The position numbers were made by a program, and so were the translations under genes. From the NCBI GenBank assembly GCA_951406725.2, contig OX597827.1, positions 49,166,001 to 49,230,000 on the forward strand: a DNA stretch of 64,000 nt, read 5' to 3'. The notes under the pieces are model-generated. The model saw only the letters and a program-made list of their open reading frames with translations, had not been told where the DNA came from and did not search any database. This document shows positions 53,449 to 64,000 of the stretch, one piece after another (within the stretch, counting starts at the first letter, position 1; each line of letters opens with the position of its first letter). The stretch comes from Octopus vulgaris (taxonomy: Eukaryota).

Positions 53449-56264
53449 GGGGCTTGCCTTTAAAGTTTAAGTGCAGTGCTTAAACACGTTTGAGCTAACG
53501 CCTCAACGCCTCCTTGCTACGATTTAATACAGCGTCCTTTTTCTCACGAACTTAATCATAATATCGGGCCAAAGTAATCTAGTTCTGGGTATTAGCATCC
53601 TTTGAGTGACCACTTACCATCACATAAGCCTCTACTATAAGCAAATCATTGGTGCCTCACCGCCCAAAGTAAGTTATAGAATTAATCTTTAGAACGTGGC
53701 TTCATACTCGAGCGTGTATTCTTTGTGCTTCGTATATACCCACGTAGCTCTGGTCTTACCTACTCCTTACGTTTTCGTACATTCTGGTTATTTTGTCGAT
53801 TCTGTTTGCTAGAATTAAACATTTTACTATTTTCAGTATTATACATTATTTCAGGTTATTCTACAACTAATTACGAAGCCGAGTTTCAAACACGTGTAGA
53901 TCATCAGTAATTATACAATCAATAACAAGATATACGACACTAAGTCTAGAAACCAAGGCAGTAGTCTGTTCTATACAAGCACTTGTGGTGGGGATGACTA
54001 TCATTTCAACTCCATAGTTTAACAAGCAGATGTTAACACTTCGCTCTGAAATGTAGAAATTCTTGAGAATAAAAAAGCGAAAGACCCTAAGTTTTGTGAT
54101 GCAAATCGCAAATATGCATTTAAATACGCAAATTAGAGGAACACTGCCGCCTTATCGAATACGAGTAGGAATACAGGTGAAACCCGTTAAATTGAAACTG
54201 TTATATTCTATGAAAAAAAGAAATGCAATAAAATAAAATACAACGTTTTAAATTAAACAGATCTGCTGAAGTGGAAGACTTAATTATTATGTGTCGTAAT
54301 GAAAATAAATTTGATTCAACTATAATAAAACAATCGAAGCGGATTAAGATGCCAGATTAAACAATCACCGTGTAAGAAGTTTATCATCTCAGAACCCGGA
54401 TGTAGTCAACTGGAAGCTAGTAACCCAATGTCCCGTTAGTGCAGTATCGTCTGATAGAATCAGTCCTTATAAACAGCTTCTATTGTCTGAAGATTGCTTC
54501 CGCTAAGAAACCTTCAGTTACAGGGTGTTAAATAGGCAGGAAAATATACAGGAAAATTTTAATACAACAGTATCGACTGCTATCTAGTATACAAATCTTT
54601 CTACCTACTTATATATACAATTGTATGTGTGCATGTATACATGAACTTTTATACTCGTGTGTGAATGAATCTGTGTGTGTGTGCGTGTGTGTGTATACAT
54701 CTGTGTATGGGCATATACGTGTGTGTATGTATGTGTTTTTTGTTATTCAGTTTTATTAAAGATATTTTATCAATAGAGAAGGAGCCGGTTTCTAACCTTG
54801 ATCTAAGGCTCCTGCAATGAAATTTCAACATCAACAAAGTGCCTGTATATATGGTTGTAAGTATGCAAAATGCATTTCTTAAGTGTTGCTTGACAAATAA
54901 TTTTATACAATTTTTTTTCGATATGTAGATATATGTGTTTAATATATATTTCTCTAGAGTTTACAGAAATGTGTGTGTGTGTGGTATATTTATCGAATTG
55001 TGTGAGTGTTGTTATATATTTGTGCGCTAACATCAATTCTGCTCTGCTTTTTCCTATTGTGAACATGTAATGTTGTCAGAGATGGATATCGCTTACACAC
55101 CTTCGCTACATTGCACTAATTTATAACATTTTTTTTTACCGATTTTCATAATTTTTTTAACGGTTTACCTACTTTAATTATTTTATTTTTATTTTTTACG
55201 TATCTGTATTGTTCAAATATGAATGTGATACGTTGATATCGATAATAAATGTAGGAACATCACGACGGGAGAGACAGGAAGAGAAAACTGAGAAGGGCGA
55301 TAAGAGAAAAATCATTATTTTTTGTGCTATGCTAAAAACTACAGCAAAAAGATGTACAGATTATTGTATGAATGCACATACACACACACACACACACATA
55401 TGTGCGTATGTGTGTATCTGCATATGTATGAGTTAATATGTGTATCTCGAGTATATTTGTGCATATATAAACTTTTTAAAAATATTGTTATATTGAAAGC
55501 ACAGTTATGTTCGAATTCCTTCTTGAATACAATATTCTCTTTTTTTATATATTAATACGTTTCTTTATCTGTCCTTTATGTTTAGTGTGTAACCATAAAT
55601 AAAGTTCATCGACGTTTCAGCATTTCTAGACCCATGTCTTCCTTTCCAGTTGAGCTGACAATTTTGTGGCAATTTTTTAATCAACATTTTTTTTTTACTC
55701 TAAGCAGAATAGACCATTGTAACTATATTGCTACTCATGATTTTTCCATGTTTAAATAGATAGTTAGATGCAAATATACATATAGACATATAATTATTTG
55801 GATTTTGGATATATGACTAGTAGTTTGCCGATTAAAGCACTTTCGGCGTTTAGGTTACCTCGTGTCATCCATAGTTGCGATATAATTGTCACTGGATCTA
55901 CGTCAGGAATTCCGCAGTGTTCGTTGAGTTTATAATGAGAGAAAAAGAAAATGGATTTAGCAAGAATATTCAACATTACAATCGTTTCGACCCACTCTCT
56001 ATCTGTCCTTTATGGGTGGGATGTTGTACATCTAGTTGTGGCGCCTCCGTCGATACAGGCTGTCTCTTCGGGCGTCGGGTGTAAATAAAATGTGTCACTA
56101 CTTATGCTGAGTTTCGCTTGGCATGTTGTGGTTGCCCGTAGCATGTTGGGCGACCACAACACACACAACAAGTAAACTGTGACATTCAACGGAGACTAAG
56201 AAGCTATGCCCAGCAGAATGGGAAACAGCAGGCGTTCTGACTGCAAGCGCACGCTGGAATTCAT

Positions 56265-56683
56265 CCCGTCATATTTGAACAAGGTCTTAGGCTCTGTTGA
56301 GATGGCTATGTGAAGCTGCCGGGGAATGTGGTTAATCCTTGACTGGAGAGGGTTGCTACAAGAAGGCCATATATGTGACAGCAGGATTTGGTTAGTTGCC
56401 TTATCTCCGGAAAAAGTCAGAAGTGGTTGTCAAAAAACACTTCTTCATCTGACCCAGTTTCTTTCCGTTTAATTACCCCGATTGTGATCCCATGTATTAA
56501 TGTGTTAGACGCAGGCGGAAAAGACGCAAACCGCTCTGCCTGAAACAGCAAGGCCAAACTGATAGCCAAAATCAAAGAGATGTTCAAACACCTTCACAAA
56601 GACACAGTAAAAAAGGCATGCTGCAGTCCGCTGCAGTCAGTCTTGAGGTTGCGGTGAAACCTGTGCATGGCAACTTTGAGTAA
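56265..56683 (+). pseudogene. Tc1/mariner-superfamily transposase C-terminal fossil (DDxD, maT-like)
   Basis: IFEQGLRL...P*LERVATRRPYM*QQD...KSQKWLSKN...PDCDPM...KAKLIAKIKEMFKHLHKDTVKKAC...GNFE*; stops and frameshifts. Confidence 0.8.
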
Positions 56684-56730
56684 ACTGTTGTCTCCCAGTC
56701 ATAATCTAGTTGATAGCTTTTATTTTTTTA

Positions 56731-56892
56731 ATTTACAAATCCATGCAGATAAAGAGTGCCAGCTCATCACTTCACCAGAACATCGTGGTTACACCAAAGA
56801 TTCAACTCCGAGTGCAGTTGAAGCATTGGAGTAACCATGAAGTTCCGGTGATCTGATGAGCTAGATTTCTTTGCCTGCGTTTATTTGTAAAT
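56731..56892. repeat. 162-bp imperfect inverted repeat
   Basis: Gapless 77-bp arms, 60/77 complementary by manual alignment, 8-nt loop. Confidence 0.85.
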
Positions 56893-57464
56893 ATACAGTT
56901 GTATTGTATAATGCAAATCACTCATATTAGTGCAGACATATAAACATAATTTATCAAGCACTGAAATTATTAATACATGAAGTATACGAAACGGCCGTAA
57001 TCGTAAGGATGGCAAGTGTTCAAATACATCTGATGGTCTGGTCGGTCACGTGATCACGTTCTGACCTTATATTGTTTATATACTCCTCATCAAATAATCA
57101 TATTGATCGTATCTCCTGGATTTCAGTTGCATTATACTCCTCTGTATCGGATTACTTTGTGGTCTGATAGCCGAGTCTGCTAGAGGAGCTTTCTGTGAAA
57201 GCAACACGATTCTATGAATCCATATATTTGTCTTACATTATAAAATAGATAGATAGATAGATAGATAGACACCCACAGATGTATGGCTACATGTACATCA
57301 GAAGTGGATTTTTATACCTCCACATACACTCACATATATGTAGGTAGATGTATAATAAAGGCGTACTTGAGTATCCTGTGACAAGTTAGTTTGGAAGTAT
57401 GTTTTTACCATTATGGGCAATATTAGGAAATATGGTTAAGATACAATTATATAATCTAATTAGT

Positions 57465-57858
57465 GGAGGCGCAATGGCCCAGTGGTTAGGGCAGCGGACT
57501 CGCGGTCGTAGGATCGCGGTTTCGATACCTAGACCAGGCGTTGTGAGTGTTTATTGAGCGAAAACACCTAAAAGCTCCACGAGGCTCCGGCAGGGATGGT
57601 GGTGATCCCTGCTGTACTCTTTCACCACAACTTTCTCTCACTCTTACTTCCTGTTTCTGTTGTACCTGTATTTCAAAGGGCCGGCCTTGTCACTCTCTGT
57701 GTCACGCTGAATATCCCCGAGAACTACGTTAAGGGTACACGTGTCTGTGGAGTGCTCAGCCACTTACACGTTAATTTCACGAGCAGGCTGTTCCGTTGAT
57801 TCGGAGCAACCGAAACCCTCGTCGTCGTAACCGACGGAGTGCTTCCATCCATCCATCC
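57465..57858 (+). mobile_element. SINE family A, young full-length copy
   Basis: Near-identical to 28473-28859; (CCAT)n tail; 12-bp TSD TATAATCTAATT at 57450-57461 and 57860-57871. Confidence 0.95.
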
Positions 57859-58968
57859 TTATAATCTAATTTTTAACAAATTTATTTGCGCGTTTACAAA
57901 ATGACGAAATTAAAGCGACTTTTCAGAAGAAAAAATGTTATTTTTTCGCTCTTCTCACTCCATCCGTGTGTGGGGGGATGGGTGCGTCTGTGTATGTTTG
58001 CGCGTGTGTGTGTGTGTGTGTGTGTGTGTAACGTCCCTTTACTCAGTACCTGCCACCAAGCCTCGGGTACACACTCATTCTGTACTGCTTATGTTCACTC
58101 TCTCTGTATCTCACCATTACTTTCTTTACTCTCTCTCTCTCTCTCTCTCTCTTTTATAAAATTTTCTATACTCTCTCCCCCCCCCTCTCTCTCTCCCTTC
58201 TCTCTATCACCTCTCTCTCACCCCTCTCTCTCCCTCTCCCTATCTTACACTATTTATATGTATATACACGGACTACATAAATATATTCTATATAGATATT
58301 TTATATGCATATTATTATATATAAGCATATATATGTTTCTATATTTAAATAGATACATAAATATACGTACATGTATACATATGTGTGTGTGTGTGTGTGC
58401 TATGCAGGCACACTGGTGTATGGGCGGGGTTGGGAGTGTGATAAGATTAATTACTAGCCCGCCACTTACGCCAGTGTAGTAATCACTGCAGGCATTTATT
58501 TCAATTCATCTCATGTAAATGTTGAATGAAGCTGTAGTGAAGATTTATATGGCTGAACGAGTTGGTGTGTGGCAGCGGTGGGATTTTGAGATAAACCTAT
58601 ATACTACGCTAGATTATGTGTTCGGTAAACACTGTCCTCTGAAACTGTTAGCGTCTTCGTGCACAACCGTATATAACATTATTGCATTTACCGAGAATGC
58701 GTTCGAGTGCGTATGGGTGAATGGTTAGCGTACTAACCAAGAAGGTGAGTGGTTTATCGCTTGTGTTGTATCACTATTGCGGTGCGCTGGGGGTTATATA
58801 CTTATTTACATACTCTATATTAAGCGTCCATGTGAAGCTGGAAGCTATGACGGATTAGGCATTTATCTAGTGACTCTTATAGGGATGAAAGATAAGACAA
58901 AAACAAAACATACAATGTAACAAGACGCAGAAGATCTATTGTAACCACCCATGAATTGAAAGATGTTA

Positions 58969-59605
58969 CCGTGTTTTCTGGCGTACAAGTCGACGTGGTG
59001 TATAAGTCGAGGTAGATTTTTCAGTAAAAATGAATCAATGTTTCAATCTATACTCATCGTATAAACCGACTCTTTTCAAACTCGATTTTTAATGCTCTCC
59101 TTTCTTCTTTCTTTATGCCTTTAACCCTCTAACGCGGAGTATAGGCCACTTATAGTTGAATTCCATGTCGCATAATTTTTCGCTTATGTACTTATGCTCT
59201 GCCATAAATGTCCCCCTTTTTCTAGTTCCTTCCGTGTTGATCTACTCCACGAGTTTTAGCCCTACCTCTCTTTCTATATCCATCCGGATTCCACTGTGAA
59301 GCACTTTTCGCTACATTTGGTGTGTCTTTTCTAATTGTGCAACCAATCCACTTCCACTTTTTCTTAGATATTTGCTCCCTAATCGAAACTTCATTTGCTC
59401 TCCTTTACTTACGAAAAAAGTAAGTGTAAAAGGAATTAATAAGCAGCTAAAATTTTTGTTATATGCTACCAGGGCAGACCTGAAGCGTAAACCTTCAAGC
59501 ATCGTCACTGTTTTCCCAATCCTGTTACATTTCATTCGGAATTTTTGGTCTTCCAGCTGTAAATTTTGGTCAGAGATATTCGACTCGTATGTCGGAAAAA
59601 TATTG
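58969..59605. mobile_element. pogo/Tigger-like non-autonomous DNA transposon
   Basis: TA|CCGTGTTTTCTGGCGTACAAGTCGA ... TCGACTCGTATGTCGGAAAAATATTG|TA degenerate TIRs with TA flanks; repeated TATAAGTCGA subterminal motif. Confidence 0.65.
59100..59400 (-). pseudogene. RTE-clade LINE 3' fragment nested in the pogo-like element
   Basis: RKKWKWIGCTIRKDTPNVAKSASQWNPDGYRKRGRAK (cf. RTE W.WIGH.LRK...WNP.G.R.RGRP); ends GLYSALEG* then a GAAA-rich tail. Confidence 0.75.
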
Positions 59606-60062
59606 TATTAACGGTTGGCATATTCTTTTGCGTCTAAACTTGAGAACTATTTTGGGACAAAATTCACTGAAGGTGTGACGAGATACAATTAGATGATTTA
59701 CTTGTGGAAGTAGTACATCCACTTTAAGAGGAAGACCTCACAAAAAAATATACCTATTTTTAGGGGTTAGGGTATATTTGTAACAATAGGGCCCTTTGTC
59801 ATTCTGCGTTCGGTCATTGGTTCGCAGCAATTCGGGCGGAAGAAATATCGCATAGGGTAGTCTTGCTCGTGGCATTGGCTTGTTAGTTTTCTGACAAGTC
59901 AGTCGACATTTACAAATTTTGATCGTAAACATCAGAGAAAGATATACACTTACACACAAACACACTCGAATTTGTACATCATTCGTCTCTCTCTCTCTCT
60001 CTTTCTCTATTTAGAGAGAGGGGGAGGGAGGGTTGGATGTGATGTACAGATATTGTATATTG

Positions 60063-60131
60063 AGAATAAGAAGGCAGTCAGAATGTTGGATGATAATATA
60101 TATAATCATCCAACATTCTGATTACCTTCTT

Positions 60132-60135
<4 letters not shown>
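60063..60135. repeat. Short fold-back hairpin with TA loop
   Basis: GAATAAGAAGGCAGTCAGAATGTTGGATGAT / ATCATCCAACATTCTGATTACCTTCTTATTC, 2 mismatches. Confidence 0.85.
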
Positions 60136-60187
<52 letters not shown>

Positions 60188-60190
<3 letters not shown>

Positions 60191-60209
60191 TTTTACGAGG
60201 AAAAGTATA

Positions 60210-60256
<47 letters not shown>

Positions 60257-60317
60257 TTTTACGAGGAAAAGTATATGTGTGTGTGTATATATATAGATAC
60301 TTTTACGAGGAAAAGTA

Positions 60318-60349
<32 letters not shown>

Positions 60350-60369
60350 CTTTTACGAGGAAAAGTATA

Positions 60370-60406
<37 letters not shown>
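60188..60406. repeat. Minisatellite: TACTTTTACGAGGAAAAGTA + (TG)n + (TA)n, left part
   Basis: Four cores at ~60188, 60255, 60298, 60348. Confidence 0.9.
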
Positions 60407-60623
60407 TATGTGAAATAGAAAGATGAATAATCTTGTAGTAGATTAATCAAAAGTTTAACCGATACCTTAGTAGCAAAAATCACAGCAGTAAAACAGCACG
60501 GTTGGAGGTACAACCATATGGTGTTGCAACCGTGCGTTGGTGCGGATAATTGAAATTAGAACATTATCGGTGAATTGAAGAAATGGAGCTGAACGCAGAT
60601 TGAACAGAAATCGTTTTATTTCA

Positions 60624-60708
60624 TTCTACACGTGTTTCGAAAGGCACAAATTACCAAAATCCGATGGAATAATGGGACCATATTGTGTCTTTCTCTTCAG
60701 GTAGAAAA
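60624..60708 (-). ncRNA. Hammerhead-like motif in PLE pLTR
   Basis: TTCTAC-CTGAAGA-GAAAGACACAA..loop..TTGTGCCTTTC-GAAA-CACGT-GTAGAA, followed by AATAAA; cleavage-site register non-canonical. Confidence 0.65.
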
Positions 60709-61297
60709 TTGGAAATCCGTTGGAAAAACAAAAACAGAACAGAGGCGGAGCAAAAACAAATCGAACTATGCTCCTAAGAGCCCTTGGCGAAACTGTTTAT
60801 CAGTGTATGTTGAGAACCGGTGGCTGAAGAATTCAACGGGTCAGGCATCGGTCAATCATGTGGGTGAGGGGGCGTAGATGTTCTTAGTGACCGAGAATAA
60901 AGTTCTGACTATTTAAGGAATATTGGATGTTTTATAAGGGGCGAGAAAAATTCTACTTAGAGACGTGTGTGTGTGTATACTGTTCTATATACGTGTGTGT
61001 TGGCGTAGGGGTAGAAAACATTTTTTGTGTACGTGTGTGCGTTTGATCGTTCGGCTGTCAGTGGCTACTGCCGTGATGACCGTTGGGTGGCAGAAAAAAA
61101 ATATATATATCATGTTTTATGTGTGTGTGTGTTCTCATCTAAGCCTGCCTTGTCAAGGAAACCCCCCGCTGTGAAAAAACCAAGCCCCGTTTGTCTTACA
61201 GGAGTAATTCCCCTTGCAGTGGTTAATCGTAGATATCTTAAAGGCTATTTCAGAATTTGTTGCCAAGGGCTATGGGTGCCGGTATTATTTATAAACG

Positions 61298-62839
61298 CTA
61301 TTTGAAAGCCAGATAAGTGTAACGCCGCCAATGGGGGCATCGAAAAGCCGACTGTAAAAGCCCGTTTACCATCCGGCCTCTGGCAAACAAAATATGGAAG
61401 AGTTCGGAGACACAAAGGTTGCACTGCCTTCTGCCCCTATCAAATGGGAGGGCCACCGACAAAATTGACCATTCCAGCCTGTAGCTTAAGTTCGTATCCT
61501 TCAGTCGCCATATTAGCTTACTGAGTCCCGTGGTCTGGCGCTTGTTCATGTCCCGAAAAGTTGCGTAATGGTTGGAGACACGCAAAGACAATCTTGAGGA
61601 TGAGGCCCCTACATAAGTGAAGACATCTGAGTCCGTGTAAACCTTGCATTGGTAGACGGCGTTTTTGATCTTGGAGTTCGCCGACGTGAATCTAATTCTG
61701 CTAGGATTAGTTTCTGAAATTAGAACTGCGTTCCTGTCACTATATTCGTTCCGAGACCTGCAGCCGCTTACTACTCTATTTTCCACTACGTCACTATTAA
61801 CTATAGGAATAACCCCTGATTCTCCACTATCTATCAAAGTGCTGTCATTGCTACTGCCCGTGGTGCTGCTATTGCGGGAAATGATGCTGGGGATGCTATT
61901 GGGGCTCTCTACCCTACTCCCATTGTTACCGTCAACCACAACACCCCTATTTATAACTATACCCCTAGTGGGTACTCCCTGGCTGGAGCTGAGATTATGT
62001 GTCACTGTACTGGCTCTCATATCATTATTACTACTATAATTATTCCTACTGAGCATTAAACCGGGAGCGGAAGAGGCTGTGCCTCCGGAAAAAGGTGATA
62101 GGGTCTTAGTAAGTAGCCTATTATTATGGGAGGCGATTATCTGGACGAGGTTTTTAGTGTTGGAGAAAGCTATCCTAACTTTATGCGAGTTAACCGTGGA
62201 GTAATATTTGGAATTTCTGGGGAAGTTATTGGCGATGGCTTGTCTAAACATGAGGGGGAGGTTAGTTCTAATCTGCTTACCAAAGGGGATTACAAACCAT
62301 ATATGCTTATTCCTATCAGTGTGATGGATCGGGACACCAGCTCTCGCATTCGGGTGGGTGATTCTCGGATGAATGACGGGTCTTGGGTTAGTGTAAGACC
62401 TCCCGGACCGATAATTATCCTTGTTCGCTAAATTAAATGCGGGAGCGACTACCCCGGCATCCACCGCGCTCCCGTCCTTACTTAAAATGTTAATGTTATT
62501 ATATACGGCCCTATCCTGATGACCGAATGATGGCATCGGAAGGGCCGGATCAATATAAATTACCTTCTGCCTATAACCGGCCTTGGATAGTGCGGCGTTA
62601 TAAAATTCCGCTTTCTGCATAAAAATATCGGCACTGGCGGACAAGCCAGACAATCTTAGAGAGATGTTTTTAACCAAATTGTCTGTTACGGTTTTGGCAT
62701 GATTTGAGAAGACACTGACATACTTCAAATTAGTGGAAGGCTTATGGTAAGGGCAGTATGAGTCGCTATTAAGGTTAAGTGTAACGTCTAGGAAATTGGC
62801 CTTGGTGAGTTCATTATCAAAAACTATACTCATGCCCAT
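61298..62839 (-). CDS. Truncated PLE polyprotein: RT thumb/C-terminal extension + GIY-YIG endonuclease (RT catalytic core absent)
   Basis: NFLDVTLNL..YCPYHKP..YV..FSNH; IWF..PF..IRTN..FP..N..II.SHN; AVY..YVG..R..NH..F; CNLC.SE..I..N..CPH. The frame stays open upstream to the inversion junction at 62881, so the Met is internal. Confidence 0.88.
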   Translation of the reverse strand: MGMSIVFDNELTKANFLDVTLNLNSDSYCPYHKPSTNLKYVSVFSNHAKTVTDNLVKNISLRLSGLSASADIFMQKAEFYNAALSKAGYRQKVIYIDPALPMPSFGHQDRAVYNNINILSKDGSAVDAGVVAPAFNLANKDNYRSGRSYTNPRPVIHPRITHPNARAGVPIHHTDRNKHIWFVIPFGKQIRTNLPLMFRQAIANNFPRNSKYYSTVNSHKVRIAFSNTKNLVQIIASHNNRLLTKTLSPFSGGTASSAPGLMLSRNNYSSNNDMRASTVTHNLSSSQGVPTRGIVINRGVVVDGNNGSRVESPNSIPSIISRNSSTTGSSNDSTLIDSGESGVIPIVNSDVVENRVVSGCRSRNEYSDRNAVLISETNPSRIRFTSANSKIKNAVYQCKVYTDSDVFTYVGASSSRLSLRVSNHYATFRDMNKRQTTGLSKLIWRLKDTNLSYRLEWSILSVALPFDRGRRQCNLCVSELFHILFARGRMVNGLLQSAFRCPHWRRYTYLAFK

Positions 62840-62953
62840 TCTATTAAAAAACCTAGCTAACCTGCTCTTAGTTTTCTTAGTTTTCGAAACACGTGTAGAA
62901 TGAAATAAAACGATTTCTGTTCAATCTGCGTTCAGCTCCATTTCTTCAATTCA

Positions 62954-62955
<2 letters not shown>

Positions 62956-62988
<33 letters not shown>

Positions 62989-63007
62989 TTTTACGAGGAA
63001 AAGTATA

Positions 63008-63049
<42 letters not shown>

Positions 63050-63075
63050 TGCACTTTTACGAGGAAAAGTGTATG

Positions 63076-63108
<33 letters not shown>

Positions 63109-63162
63109 GCACTTTTACAAGGAAAAGTATATATATATATATACTCTTTTACAAGGGAAAGG
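62956..63162. repeat. Minisatellite ACTTTTACGAGGAAAAGT + (TG)n/(TA)n, right part
   Basis: Four progressively divergent cores at ~62986, 63052, 63111, 63143. Confidence 0.88.
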
Positions 63163-63199
63163 TTGACAGTGACTTCGACGTTTCTGGTTGCATGGCTTC

Positions 63200-63540
63200 C
63201 TTAGGTCGAAAAAATTGACCCAGTATCAGTACTTTTTATTTTTAAGACTGGCACTTATTCTGTCGGCCTTTTTTTTTGCCTAACTGCTAAGTTGCAAGGA
63301 CATAAACACACCAGCAACGGTTTTCAAGCCATGATGGAGAGACGAGCACAGGCATAAAGACACACACACACATACACACCTATACGACGGGCTTTCAGTT
63401 TCTGTCTACCAAATCCATTCACAAGGCTGTGATTGGCTCGAGGTTATGGTAGAAGACACAAGGTACCACACAGTGAGACTGATCCCGGAATCAAGAAGTT
63501 GAGAAGCAAACTTGTTACTACACCTACACAATTACACCTG
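63200..63540 (-). mobile_element. SINE family C, decayed
   Basis: TATACGACGGGCTTTCAGTTTCTGTCTACCAAATCCATTCACAAGGCT...GTAGAAGACAC. Confidence 0.75.
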
Positions 63541-64000
63541 AACCTATATATATAACCATATGATCTGTAAACATTAAAAAAAAACATATGTATCTATGTG
63601 TGCATATATATATATGGTCAGGATGTCTCTGTGTGTGCATGTGAACATCTTTACATATAATGAATCCATGCATACATATATATTACACGCACACGGTGCA
63701 GTGACTCTCTGGAAGAGTCAGGATTAATTTCAAAAGGATCTGAAATGACAAAGTAAAACCTGCGTAACATTTTATCTACAAATTATGCCAAAGCATTACC
63801 CTTCTGGGATATATATATATATATACACATATAGATAGATGGATGGACGGACGGACAGAGTAAAACATACTAGTCCTCATAGAATTAATTCCAGGTTTTG
63901 GTCAAGAGCGGGAGTCTAGATTCGTCTTTCGTCGAAATCAATATATAATGCCAATATATTTTCATTAACACCGATCTCACGTTAAAGCTTTCGAATATGC

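Larger units (their letters stand above)
60407..62955 (-). mobile_element. Penelope-like retroelement (Naiad-type), 5'-truncated, with inverted partial pLTR
   Basis: RT-thumb + GIY-YIG ORF; 62882-62955 is the exact reverse complement of 60569-60642; (TA)n on both flanks; higher GC than surroundings. Confidence 0.92.

Noticed and set aside
57886-58479. 197-aa ORF
   Set aside because: Built from (TG)n, (TC)n and (TA)n low-complexity sequence
60188-60367. Palindromic repeats with spacers resembling a CRISPR array
   Set aside because: Spacers are microsatellites, the context is eukaryotic, and there are no cas genes
61665-62431. Two plus-strand ORFs antisense to the PLE ORF
   Set aside because: Expected shadows of a long low-complexity coding frame; no independent evidence

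Overview
AT-rich eukaryotic DNA, saturated with microsatellites and transposable elements. The SINE/MITE repertoire resembles an Octopus (coleoid cephalopod) genome; this is an inference from repeat recognition. No host protein-coding exon can be supported, and nearly all ORFs in the track are (TA)n/(CA)n/(TG)n artefacts or SINE read-throughs. The only long genuine ORF (61298-62839, minus) is the RT-thumb plus GIY-YIG half of a young, 5'-truncated Penelope-like element with Naiad-type motifs. It carries an inverted partial pLTR and a hammerhead-like motif. The window also holds several tRNA-head SINE families, DNA-transposon MITEs and fossils (hAT, Tc1/mariner, pogo-like, a GG-terminated family with 8-bp TSD), and R4/Dong and RTE LINE fragments. 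The most interesting signal is a set of short fold-back ('tail + inverted arms') elements that share the Penelope pLTR architecture. One family (10632-10969, 43305-43586) carries a minimal hammerhead-ribozyme fold whose core reads GUGAACA instead of CUGANGA, i.e. a compensatory G3-C8 swap of the C3-G8 pair. All alignments and folds were done by eye; no database search was possible.
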